From positions 1 through 43,423 of the forward strand of contig JAQGDQ010001384.1 in assembly GCA_030141605.1 (NCBI GenBank): 43,423 nucleotides of DNA, written 5' to 3'. Below the pieces are notes generated by a model. It made no database searches, was not told the origin of the DNA, and worked only from the letters and a program-made list of their open reading frames with translations. The position numbers and the translations under genes are program-made. This stretch comes from Tubiluchus corallicola. Its lineage: Eukaryota > Animalia > Priapulida. Positions 24,046 through 36,270 of the stretch are shown here, piece by piece; position 1 is the stretch's first letter; every line of letters begins with the position of its first letter.

Positions 24046-27000
24046 CTTGAAAAACAAGAAAACCGTCATTATGTTATTCATATTCTCTTTTTTACAACTT
24101 TTGCACAACATTGCACATAGAAAACCGCTTTCCAGCACTCAACAGTAGGAGCACCTGAATGTAGAATTCAGGGGGTGAGCATTGAACATTCGACTTCGAT
24201 TCGAGCGAGTTTTTAGTTGGAATTCAAATCAAATGTAAAGTTCGAATAATTCAGCACTTCAACTAAATATGTTCTCTATCAATTAAACATTCGATTAAAA
24301 CATCAATGCAATCAGCAGAATTTAACGTGGTAGGGAGAATTTGTAGGGGTGGCCCTGGTGGAGTTACCAACAATCACGTTTAAATTAGTTCAGATAATTT
24401 TAGGGTTTCAAACGTCTAAGTTCTAAACATTAGAGTTTTGAAGCAATCAGCTGCTCTGTGATGCTACAAGAACTTATTACCAACCAACTTTTCTGTTTGT
24501 ACATTTCATTTAGCATCATCTCTTGATGAGGTTCAGGCAGGTGCCTCCCTCTGGTGGCAGAATTATAATCTTGCTGAGTCGAGGTTATTCTACGTATCAT
24601 GTGCAGCAAAAGTAAAAAACTGTTTTATTTATATGAAGGAAATGGCAGATATGTGAAAACAAGTTTTCTGAAGATTAAAATATTGAAATGAACGAGACTC
24701 TCAGCATCAGAGGTTTGTTATAACACAAACTACGCAGATTTCTTCCTACGCTGAGCTAGAGATTCTGTCTTCTTCGAAGATCGCCTCGCAGTTCTCTCGG
24801 CAACACCGCACTCTTCTGCAATGCAAGCTCCAACAACCCACAATCGAGCTTGTACAGACGCTTAAGAAGCGAAAGTCACTTTGACATTTCGTCAATGACA
24901 CAATGGCACACTGCAGAGACATGCTGACCACCTGCAGATGGCATCCTTGATTCTCCCGGCACTTCGTGTTACCGAAGACAGCAATTCTATTGCTTTGGAC
25001 CTTGAAATATCGCCTGGGAGACTGGGTTAATTATCAGTAGATGAAATCCCCCGACTCTGAACAATGAGCCATTCCAACTGACCATCTGCCAATTGATTTC
25101 TCTTGCCAGCGTGCAGCACATTTTATGTATGTTAATGACATTGGAATTCATTTAACTATTCTGCGTTTGTTTAATCTTCCAACATTTCCTATTTACCAAC
25201 CTCTGATACTTTAACTCATTAAATTCAAGGTACAAGCTATGTGAGTCACTTATAATCAAATTGTACAGTCTTTGTTATCCAACCAAAGAGGAGTATACTA
25301 GTTCCGAACTCTTATCATTTAATTATTCCGATTAATTTTCTAATTAATTCCTTATTCTAAACTTGATTCACAACATTATGATAACCTGCTACAAACTTGA
25401 ATCTTGTGGCATTCATAGTTACTAAGGTACAGGAGGAAATATACATTATAATACATACACTACAATATGTATTAATATACTCGTATACAGTAACATATAC
25501 ATATATGCATTACATGTGTAATGGGTCGTAAGAGGTGGTTAGAAATTTTTTTGTTTTATGTGGTGCGCAGGTTTTGTTATTGCGCCACTAGGTTATACTA
25601 TCGTAAAGTTCTTGTGTAGTTCATTTTGTTCAGTCTAATTTTAGTTTATTTTAAGTGTTAATCAAAAACATGTTTGTGCGCTTGTCATGTTATATGTAAA
25701 ACAAAGTATAGTCTAATATGTGTCAGCTAAATATTAACAATGTTTAATTAATTTATAGTTCATAAAAAATCTATCATGTTAGTCGGGGAAAACTGATTTC
25801 AGCTGGTAAGCAAGAACTGGCCTAGATTATAGATCCAAATAAGGGTGAACTTGTTTGATGGAGTCCTGGGGTGCGTCTATAGAGTCAACAATATCAGCCG
25901 CACTTCTGAGCTGAGGAGAAGAGAGGGTTAGAGACTGATGGTTTGACACTAGGCTGTATTTGTAATGTCTATTCTGACTGTATTTATAGTTAATAAACAT
26001 CAATACAAAGTAACTCTAAAGCTAGAAAGACAGAAACAGTCCCTTCTAACAACATTTGATATTGATGGTGAGTTTCCCTCTTCCACATTCGAAATCCTAC
26101 CGAGTTATAACTTCGCCCTCACTCACGTGTTCTAGCCGTCATCACAGCAAATAGGAACTTTGTACCGATTAGTATAAATGGTAGATGCTACAAATGTCGC
26201 AGTTTTTTTTTAAGTTTAGTTCTAGTTTTATTCATGCATAGTGGAGACGTTGGCGAACTGTGTTGTTATGTTTTAGTAAATATATTATAATTTCGTAAAA
26301 TTCTCATCTTGCAGGTTATTGAACATTGTATTTTAGATTAGCATCACGTCTCAAACCTTGCTGACATGGCAGCAGCTAATTACAGGTGGGATGAAACTTT
26401 CGCAAGGAGAGAAACAGTAAGAAACAGAATTATTTAAATCACTCAATTTATTTAAGTATTCTAAATAATTAAAGTAACAAAACAGAAAATATTTTAAACA
26501 ATTTTTAAATGGCAACAAATGCGTTGTACATGTTGTCAAATCTATTTATATATGAGGCAATACATGGATGTAAAAAAATCACATTCAATATCTTAAGGTC
26601 TGGGTTTCTGATTAGGTTTATTTACTTTTTTTCTGTGAGTTTTTCCCCTGTGACTTTTTTACCTGCCATTGCAAATGAACAGGGCGACAAATACCCGGAC
26701 CAGTCGGATAATGTCGTCTGGTACTGAAACTCCTCTACATAAGTATGCTGTACGAAATATTGCAGTACGTGTATTAATATTCGTTAAAAAGAGTTTTAGT
26801 ATCTGCACTTTTAGCGCCCCTATTGTAAGTTTATCTTAGACTTAGATGCAGTGAACTTATTGCAGTGATTTTGAAATAGACATTAACATCCTCAGTATAG
26901 ATGATTATTCATTATAGTTGTTACTAGAAATATTGAAACACAAAGAAATATTGTAGTAAATCGACTCTTCTCAAAATTAGATGCCAGTGCAGATGACAGA

Positions 27001-27829
27001 CAATTAGAGAATGACACACTATTAAAATTGTATAAAAGAAAGAATCAGCAGGTGCATGCGCACTTACGCTGATCCTGTGACATAAAAAGATGCACAAGAA
27101 TTAAATTTCTAGAAACAAGACCCTAAATTTGAATATCTCTCATCAAAAAGCTGCAACAAAATGTACCTAAATATGAACTCTACAGCTTGTGCAGTGATGT
27201 TTTCATTATAAAATAGAGTTATTAATTTATAGAACAGGAAAAGGGTGCCTAAAGTAGGTTTCAAAAAATGGCCCTAAAAATATATTAGTTTGAATCAAAT
27301 TTAATGAGTACATCGTACTTGCGTTAAAAGGATTTTTGTTTTCATTTTAAATCTCCTGCAATACTGTTCCCACTGCGCCATTACATGACGTCACCTACTC
27401 AAACGTAAATCAGGGGAAGAAAAGGCAATGTTGAATTATGTCCCAAAAAACTTTCCTTGCAAATCTGTATTACTTACCATTTCGCTTACCTGCTGGAAAG
27501 AGTTATGAAACTAAATATCAATAAGCATACAAAATATCAATCTACAACTAATGGTTAGTGAATGTATTATTTCAAATCAAACAATGCCTCGTCTCATAAT
27601 TTTTGGTTACCAATTGAGCTAAAATTTTCCATAAATAATAAAAAAATAATAAAGTCATGCAATCAACGTGAGCACACAGAATAATGAATAAAATACGTTC
27701 TTAAATCTTGAAACACACTGAGAATGCAATGTCATTGTTGTTAGGCCTAACAACAATAGATTTTTACCAGCCCAACCCTGCAATAAATGTTGGCGTGGAC
27801 AAATCACGTCATACCACCCATTCACACTA

Positions 27830-28000
27830 CCCCATCCTCAGCAAAACACACCACATCACACCATTCCACTGACACGATCCACAACACACAATCCGCATCA
27901 CACCACCCATAGCCTGCCACACCACACAAACCATGCCATGCTACACCCACCACTCCACCCACACTTGCCTCACCACTCACAAAAAACAACCCACTCCACA
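27830..28000. repeat. CA-rich low-complexity degenerate repeat
   Basis: CACAC/CACCAC-like pentamers. Confidence 0.7.
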
Positions 28001-29005
28001 TCATGTACACTATACATGAAACAAAAAAGATGTAAAAGGTAGAAGGGGTTTGCTTCATCATTGCTCTGTACTTTCATGCTATTATTTTAATAATCCAAAG
28101 GTTACTGGTTCGAATACAGGCTAATACCCGACTTTTTTACTTTACAATTTTCTTTCAAGTTTAATTGAAGTTTAACTGAATGAAGTGTCACAATTAATGA
28201 GTGAAAAAGGTCATAAATAATTTACCGTCATGGTGTCCGAGGGTATAGATACTTTTTCCATTGATCTTACCATGCCTTGTTATTTTGTTACTGTGTTTTG
28301 ATTTCAATAAAATCGAAAGTTGACATTATTTGACCAGAGGGCTGTTGGTCTCAGCTGTAAAAACTGGCTCCATTATATCTGCTATGCATGAATACGAAGC
28401 ATTCATTTCAGGTTTCAGGCCCTAGAGAAAATGCACATGACCTATATTCATCCACTCACTAGGTGTCGACCCCACATAGCAATTTACGCAGAAACTGTGA
28501 CCCGAGTTCAACGTATTGAGCCAGTAGGATGAAGCCAATGGAACTCAGGGACGCCTGCCCGTCTGTGACCTTTGACATCTTTCATAGCTTGGGCCTGGGG
28601 CAATCTGGTCACATTCATAGCTAACCAAGCACCACGAGAGACAAAAATAAAAAAAGTATAAAAGGTCAAGATGCACATAATAAAAATTTGGGTAAATCAA
28701 GAAGATACTGCTTTGTAGCAATTTCTCAAAAAAAAAACAATTTGTAGAAAGTTTGTACATTATTTGTCATCGGCATTGGCAAATCTTCACCAGACTGTGC
28801 AGATTGAGACGGTGTAAATTTCAGTATCTTATTAATGGTCTTCACTCCAGCTAGTCGAAAAACAAAGTGGAAGAAAGCTTTAATTTTTCAGACTTTTAAC
28901 CTATTTGATTTAAACTCAAGTCACAATGACTGATCACTAAAAATTTAACGATTTGCAAAAATTGTAGGTCAAAACTTAGTTTCTCTGATTTTAAACTGGT
29001 TTCAG

Positions 29006-30490
29006 ATCGACAAGATAGACCAAGATGGTAACACAAAACTCCACAGAGCAGTAAAATCTAATGATTCCGAGGGAGTAAAACAGCTAATACAAGATCATGA
29101 TGATGACAATGTTAAAGATAGGAAGCTTGGATACACAGTGTTGATGTATGCAGTCAAGAAAGATAATGAACTCAATGTTAGTTTGCTACTAGAAGCAGGT
29201 GCAAATCCCAACTTGAGTGACGATGATGGTTGGACATCATTGGTGTATGCAGTCAGGATGGATAATGAACTCAATGTTAGTTTGCTACTAGAAGCAGGTA
29301 CAGATCCTAACTTGAGTGACAATCGTGGTTGGACAGCACTGCATTCTGCTGCTGTGATAAAACTAACTTTGGTATCAGAAGTGGTGACTTCATTTGTGGA
29401 ACATGGCATTGACATTAACAAACGAAACTTAAGTGGCAAGACTGCAGTGCACTTGTACATTAATAGTGCAACAAATAAAACCCTAAACAAAGAACTACGA
29501 GAGACTATTGGTTATCTGCTAATATCTCTGTATGTAAGAGCCAATAAAAAGACTGAGAACAATAGCCAGTTTACATTCAAAACGAAATGCAGGAATTTGT
29601 TGCTAAAGAAAGACTTGGATCGTAAATCTGTGAAAGAAGTACTGTGAAAGAAGCATAGGACGTCTTCCACCGACTAAAGAAAATGATGTTATCAGAACAA
29701 AAATTGAAGCCTTAGCTGCCAGAGTATGTACTAAATTGGGAGAAATAGATGAAAGGTTTGATTCTGTCTGCAAGCTCGTTGGCAGCAGTGTATGTGGAAT
29801 CAAAGCTGGGTTACCAGATGAGTTTGATTTTTTCATCATCTTGAAAAATTTATGCAAGTATCTTATTGTCGAAAAAACTGGCAAACCAGGATTTGCAAAA
29901 ATTGCATTGGGTGAGAAAGCGACAGAAATGTTTACAGAGTTTATTGAAAATGGCAGGTTTTCTTTTGACAACTTAAAGAGCCATTTTGTGATTCTTTTAT
30001 GCAGGGCTATGAGCGCAATTTTCAAGGAAGGCTCAGAAATAACGGAATCTTTTGATTTTGTTCGTGTGGTGTGGAATAAGGTTTGTACTTGCTTCCACCT
30101 GATGTACTATGGCGACTATTATGACCCACCACTACCTGTCTCATTAGACATGACAGCTGCTATAGAAGTACCAGGTGAACTGGCAGGGATGTTGACATCA
30201 CATGACACTTGCTATAGAAGTACCAGGTGAACCGGCAGGGATGTTGACATCACATGACACTGGCTCAGCTACTTCTTATCACCTTGTATTTAAGCCATGT
30301 CCTGATGCAGGGCAGAATTACTGTGCCGTATCTATGGCTGTGTATGAAAGTCAACTTGTTGGAAACATGAGTCAGCATAAGAAAGAAGGATAACTGTAGT
30401 TAAACAACTGAATAAATTTAAAATGACACAATTTTTCTGCGATCAGAAAGCTTTTATCCCTCTTCTCTATTGGGAATAAAGAAGTTCTTT
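29006..30490 (+). pseudogene. Ankyrin-repeat plus Mab-21/cGAS-like nucleotidyltransferase (ANK-cGLR), frameshifted and C-terminally truncated
   Basis: Acceptor tttcag ends at 29005. Five ANK repeats (GNTKLHRAV, GYTVLMYAV, GWTSLVYAV, GWTALHSAA, GKTAVHLYI). Then DERF..LVGSSVCGIKAGLPDEFDFFIIL, VSLDMTAAI and SMAVYESQL..KEG(Y). Frameshifts at ~29640, 30159-30262 (52-bp duplication) and ~30392. Confidence 0.88.
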
Positions 30491-30889
30491 CTTTTTTGAC
30501 GAACGACATTTCAGTGTTTGTCTGATTTGTAATTCATTTGATCTATTTGAACATTGAGGAGAAGGATTGTGCAGAGGGCGACACTTGTGACACCGTGGCA
30601 GTGACAAGGTAATATAAGCGTGGCAGGGTATCTAATATATATTGAATTCAATCAATGCTTAAAGTGTATTTATTTAGGTAACGGGTCTCACGGCGAACAG
30701 AACTAGAAACAGCTTGGAGGTTTGGGGAAATGTTATAAGCTGCCGCAGTAGGGTCCGGGCCTTATATTTTACTTGATTTTAGGCTTTTAAGACATTTAAT
30801 GGGCGAAAAAGGGGCAGTTTAGTAAGCAATTTTTCAACAACCGTTTTTAGCCATTAAGGATACAAAATTTAGGTGTTAATTCAGAAACC

Positions 30890-31240
30890 GGCAAAAACCG
30901 AAAAATGGGGGTTGGGAACAGAAATCGATCAAGTGCATTAGAATAGTACCGTGTAGCATGACAAATGAAAGGTATCGATGACGCGAGTCGCTTGGCATAG
31001 GTTACAATGAGAATGGTTGTCCCGCGATCCTGCTAGGAGGCAAAAACGGAAAAATGGGGGTTGGGATCTAAAGTGGACCGAGTGTCTACGAATAGTACCC
31101 GTGAAAGCTTTTTGATGAGGCGAATGGTACCGGTCACAGTACGAATCGTTAACCATTGACACGATTGTTAAGGGGCAAAATAGGGGTCGAGGAGACAAAT
31201 GCCTTCCAGGGTTTACCAAAATGAAAGGTCTCAATGAGAC
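30890..31240. repeat. Diverged ~140-150-bp internal repeats of an unclassified non-autonomous DNA element
   Basis: GGCAAAAAC.GAAAAATGGGGGTTGGGA at 30890 and 31040, with a weaker copy at 31174. Recurrent TGAAAGGT.TC.ATGA motif. Confidence 0.55.
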
Positions 31241-31381
31241 AAACTGTTGTTGTTGACCTTTGAGCCGTGGATGATGGTGGGCTGAACAGTTAAATGTTGA
31301 GGTTTTATTGTGAAATGCACTTGATGATGTTACCACAGGAGTACAAAACTAGGTGTGAAAAATCTGTTTACTTCCACTTGA

Positions 31382-31982
31382 TCAGCTTCCCTCTATCTGA
31401 ATCTGTTTTGCTTCTTCCTTGAAAACGTCTAACCCTTGTGTATGGAATGTGACAAGGTGAAAGTCGGAAACTCCTTCCTGGGGTTCGATTCCAAGTTCAT
31501 TCTTGATTCTTTCCTCGATTATTTGTCTTCCCGTTGAACCAACAGAAAAACTTTCGTCCATTATTAATGCAAAGTGTACGCTCTCATCAGATTTCTTCTC
31601 AACCACCATACTTCACCTGTGCCACACAATGATCAACAACCTTATTTGGATCTCGTCCATAGACACCTAAAAGCATGAAATGCTTATTCGGCTCTCGCAG
31701 TCTATTCAATGAACTACAGCTCATTGATAAATAACGGCCGTTTTGAATTTCCACCATTAAATGTGGATTTTCGTTTTCCATTATCATGTCATAGTTTTCA
31801 GCCATGACTTTGTACGGCATCGTGCCAATGATTATTCTGTCTCCACCATAGAGTTCTTTAGCTAAGAGCGGTGATGAAAGAATTTCAAGTTTTTGTTTCT
31901 CGTCTTCAACGTTTTGAATGGAGGATGGTGCAAATTGTTCAAGTATTTTATCTCTTTTTACACATTCTCTTATAAACACAGT
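31382..31982 (-). CDS. NAT16: NAT16/histidine N-acetyltransferase-like GNAT gene, last exon (1-nt frameshift at ~31605)
   Basis: Acceptor tttttcag (AG at 31984-31983), phase 0. RIIIGTMPYKVMAENYDMI and LLGVYGRDPNKVVDHC resemble the NAT16 C-terminal domain. The reading continues in the adjacent frame to TGA at 31382. Confidence 0.65.
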
Positions 31983-32768
31983 CTGAAAAATAACAGCAAG
32001 TTAATGGCAAAATCGTAATCCAAAGATCCTTGGTTCAGATCTGGACTCGATCACAACTTTTTTCACATTTCCGTTCAGACAAGTTTAGTTGCAATTTCGA
32101 TCATGATTGTTGATTCAATCAACCATTAACAAACTTCTTGAAATTAGAATTATCAAGAGTTAGTCAGACAATCATATCAAAACGATATGAACAAGTCACT
32201 TAGCATGTTTAGTTTATTTTATTGCTATCACTTAAGCTTAAAGAAATTATATAAAGAAACTTAAAGAAAAATATAACAAAGAAATTTACAAAAACAGTCT
32301 ATAAAGTATAAAGTTAATTTATATTAGCACTGCATAGAAAATTTCAGACGCGGTGGTGGCCCGCTATTTACTAGAAAATTATGACGTAAAGGTTGGCATC
32401 GTGGCTTTCCGTAAGCGCACTACTTAAACTAATTCAAATTTCTGCCGCTTTCTAACGCTCATCACAAGATTAGCTATCTATTTTTTGGAAAAACTTGTCA
32501 TACTTTTGAACGAAATTGACAGTGCGCTGCTTTTCTTCAACTGATAAACGATATTGGTGGAAGAATTGACATTCAAAATGGCAGCAGCCAAAATTGAAAT
32601 GATCGCGACTTTAAAGTGATTTTACTAATTACCCGAGGCGCTTCTCACACTTTTATTGCCAAATCCTTTCTAACATTTTTAAAAAATATTGAAATAAGCC
32701 TAACTTCCCAGAAAGCGTGTCCTTTCCTTTAACACGTACCCAATAACAGTATGTAGTATATACTTAAC

Positions 32769-32996
32769 CTTTTTAGCTATACAAGTAGCGTTTCTTCTAT
32801 AGTCTGGTTCAGGGCCCATACTTCCATTCATATACACGTGATCAGTTACACCCAAGCGCCATGAATCAAGCTGTTGTATTGTGTAAAGCTGAAGATTGGC
32901 ACTGATTCGCTTTTTCTGTAGTTCCGGTTTCACTCGACGGAAACGAGAGATGATTGTCTTTCCGGCATCCATTACGGTAACCATTTCAAAGCCAAC
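32769..32996 (-). CDS. NAT16: NAT16-like GNAT gene, middle exon (228 nt)
   Basis: AG and GT boundaries in phase 0. VGFEMVTVMDAGKTIISRFRRVKPELQKKRIS aligns with NAT16-type VIALESVxVIDxGETxLVEGLRVAPxERGKGVA. Confidence 0.75.
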
Positions 32997-33105
32997 CTGT
33001 AATTAATTACAAAGTGATGGCCAGGTATACGTTGACGTACGTATAACTTAAAAAGAAATCTCTGGATTTAATTAACATCACTAACATAAGTGCTTAGTTT
33101 CTACA

Positions 33106-34887
33106 TTACAAAGTTAAAAAGTTGAATTCATGCCTTACTTCGCAAAGTTAAAAAGTTGAATTCATGCCTTACTTCACAAAGTTAAAAAGTTGAATTCATG
33201 CCTTACTTTACAAAGTAAAAAAGTTAAATTCATGCCTTACTTTACAAAGTTAAAAAGTTGAATTCATGCCTTTCTTTACAAAGTTAAAAAGTTGAATTCA
33301 TGCCTTACTTTACAAAGTTAAAAAGTTGAATTCATGCCTTACTTCACAAAGTTAAAAAGTTGAATTCATGCCTTTCTTTACAAAGTTAAAAAGTTGAATT
33401 CATGCCTTTCTTTACAAAGTTAAAAAGTTGAATTCATGCCTTTCTTTACAAAGTTAAAAAGTTGAATTCATGCCTTACTTCACAAAGTTAAAAAGTTGAA
33501 TTCATGCCTTACTTCACAAAGTTAAAAAGTTGAATTCATGCCTTACTTTACAAAGTAAAAAAGTTAAATTCATGCCTTACTTTACAAAGTTAAAAAGTTG
33601 AATTCATGCCTTTCTTTACAAAGTAAAAAAGTTGAATTCATGCCTTACTTCACAAAGTTAAAAAGTTGAATTCATGCCTTACTTTACAAAGTAAAAAAGT
33701 TAAATTCATGCCTTACTTTACAAAGTTAAAAAGTTGAATTCATGCCTTTCTTTACAAAGTTAAAAAGTTGAATTCATGCCTTACTTTACAAAGTTAGAAA
33801 GTTGAATTCATGCCTTACTTTACAAAGTTGAATTCATGCCTTACTTTACAAAGTTAGAAAGTTGAATTCATGCCTTTCTTTACAAAGTTAGAAAGTTGAA
33901 TTCATGCCTTACTTTACAAAGTTAAAAAGTTGAATTCATGCCTTACTTTACAAAGTTAGAAAGTTGAATTCATGCCTTACTTTACAAAGTTGAATTCATG
34001 CCTTACTTTACAAAGTTAGAAAGTTGAATTCATGCCTTACTTTACAAAGTTAGAAAGTTGAATTCATGCCTTTCTTTACAAAGTTAAAAAGTTGAATTCA
34101 TGCCTTTCTTTACAAAGTTAAAAAGTTGAATTCATGCCTTACTTTACAAAGTTAAAAAGTTGAATTCATGCCTTACTTTACAAAGTTAAAAAGTTGAATT
34201 CATGCCTTACTTTACAAAGTTAAAAAGTTGAATTCATGCCTTACTTTACAAAGTTAAAAAGTTGAATTCATGCCTTACTTTACAAAGTTAAAAAGTTGAA
34301 TTCATGCCTTACTTTACAAAGTTAAAAAGTTGAATTCATGCCTTACTTTACAAAGTTAAAAAGTTGAATTCATGCCTTACTTTACAAAGTTAGAAAGTTG
34401 AATTCATGCCTTACTTTACAAAGTTAAAAAGTTGAATTCATGCCTTACTTTACAAAGTTAAAAAGTTGAATTCATGCCTTACTTTACAAAGTTAAAAAGT
34501 TGAATTCATGCCTTACTTTACAAAGTTAAAAAGTTGAATTCATGCCTTACTTTACAAAGTTAAAAAGTTGAATTCATGCCTTACTTTACAAAGTTAAAAA
34601 GTTGAATTCATGCCTTACTTTACAAAGTTAGAAAGTTGAATTCATGCCTTACTTTACAAAGTTAGAAAGTTGAATTCATGCCTTACTTTACAAAGTTAAA
34701 AAGTTGAATTCATGCCTTACTTTACAAAGTTAAAAAGTTGAATTCATGCCTTACTTTACAAAGTTAGAAAGTTGAATTCATGCCTTACTTTACAAAGTTA
34801 AAAAGTTGAATTCATGCCTTTCTTTACAAAGTTAAAAAGCTGAATTCATGCCTTACTTTACAAAGTTAAAAAGTTAAAATCATGCCT
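33106..34887. repeat. 34-bp tandem satellite, about 52 copies, inside the intron of the GNAT gene
   Basis: Unit CAAAGTTAAAAAGTTGAATTCATGCCTTACTTTA; period verified 33109 to 33143. Confidence 0.98.
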
Positions 34888-35448
34888 GTTTTAAGTGACT
34901 GTAATAAAAATGTAATAAAATATTAATTTTTTCGTTCCAGCTTGGTACACGGCGAAAGAAATCCAGTACTCAATGGTAGGATCTATTTGATGTAGATGTC
35001 TGAGATGAGGCCTAATTTGGTGTCATTGGCAAAAATATTTTTAAGATCGAAACACTAAACCACCAGAGGTGCATCAGCTATGCTTGGATATATATATGTG
35101 TCCTCAGTCAACAATGCAAACAATGAAATTGCGATGAGTCAGATATCAAAACAATCAACCATCTAGTTACTCTCCAGGCTCTACATTTCAGTTGATAAGT
35201 GCATCAAGTGACCATATTCCTCTTATTCTTGTCCCATGTGTAAATCTCAACTTGATTTCATTAAATTTGTCGAGATTTTATTTTATTTTATCATTTAGTT
35301 AAGGATACCTTTCTTTTAGTGTCATTAGGAAATAACTACTTCCAGATTAAGGCTATTGACCACAGTTTGCACAATTAGTTGAATCATTTCATACTTATGT
35401 ATAGTAACATAGCAACATGGTAATCATGTTGAATTTGAATTTACGCAC

Positions 35449-35661
35449 CGTTTCCCCTTTCAGTTCTGCTATGGCTCCTAAATTGTAGGAACGTGACAAG
35501 AAAAATTCGAACGTTTTGCGACAAGATATCGGGTCGCGTTGGCTGTAAAGTTCCGTATTGATTTGGTGAACATTTTCGTAATCGTCCGGTGTTGCCTTCC
35601 TGCATGTAACACAAGGCGTATGAAACAATGTAACTGAGCAATCGAACCTTAAAAACCACAT
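35449..35661 (-). CDS. NAT16: NAT16-like GNAT gene, first coding exon (start codon uncertain)
   Basis: VTCRKATPDDYENVHQINTELYSQRD..AIAELKGET followed by donor GTGCGT. Typical GNAT beta1-alpha1 start (R-x-AT-xx-D-Y), and it joins the next exon in frame. Confidence 0.7.
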
Positions 35662-36231
35662 TGTTCTCCATTGCTTATAAGAACGAGCATCCGTGGTTCC
35701 ACTAATTTTATCATCTTAATGACATTATTATTAATGATGATACAAACCAACAATTAATAATATTTTGAAATCAAAACTGAAAGGCAGGAAACGTGAAAAA
35801 CTTGTAATACAGCCTAGATTTTAACAAGGAACCTACTTACAAGAAGTATGTCTTAGATCATTAGGCCAGAGTGATCAAAGCAGTCCCATCCCTGATAACT
35901 GGGTAGCTAATTTCAGCATTTCCAATGTTAGATGACTGGCACTAGTGCACTTCTAACTAATTAGATTATTTTTTGTTTCTATTCCAGCCATTTTAGCGAC
36001 TTATTAATAAAAGAAAGTTTATCCACGTACCATGACAAGCCTTCTATTACTATACAAAGTACAAAACAGTTCAATTCCTTTAACTTTATTTTCAAACACT
36101 TATCTGTTTGTTACTGCATGACTTTTTTTCTTCAGGTCTGCTGAATCTTTACCTATTTGGCTCCTGTTAACTACTTAATTAGTGCATAATAGACTCTGCC
36201 TATATAAACTGGTTGTATGTTTGTAAATTTC

Positions 36232-36270
36232 CCATTGATGATGACAGCAGCAGCTAGTGGAAACGTTTGG
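36232..36270 (+). ncRNA. Second, more decayed Penelope-type hammerhead relic
   Basis: CCA-(T)TGATGA-TGACAGCAGCAGCTAGTG-GAAACGTT-TGG. The flanks (36200-36300) are homologous to 2130-2240, and stem II is disrupted. Confidence 0.5.

Noticed and set aside
26110-26200. FVPISINGRCYKC as an LTR-retrotransposon protease start
   Set aside because: It is truncated before any DTG/DSG motif and no other gag-pol signal is present.
29627-29655. 14-bp repeat CTGTGAAAGAAG as the cause of the ANK-cGLR frameshift, or as a programmed frameshift site
   Set aside because: Removing 14 bp does not restore the NTase frame, no slippery heptamer is present, and other lesions indicate simple decay.
29095-30025. Antisense ORFs over the ANK-cGLR (also 6375-6716 over LINE ORF1)
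   Set aside because: These are shadow frames of the recognisable plus-strand coding sequence.
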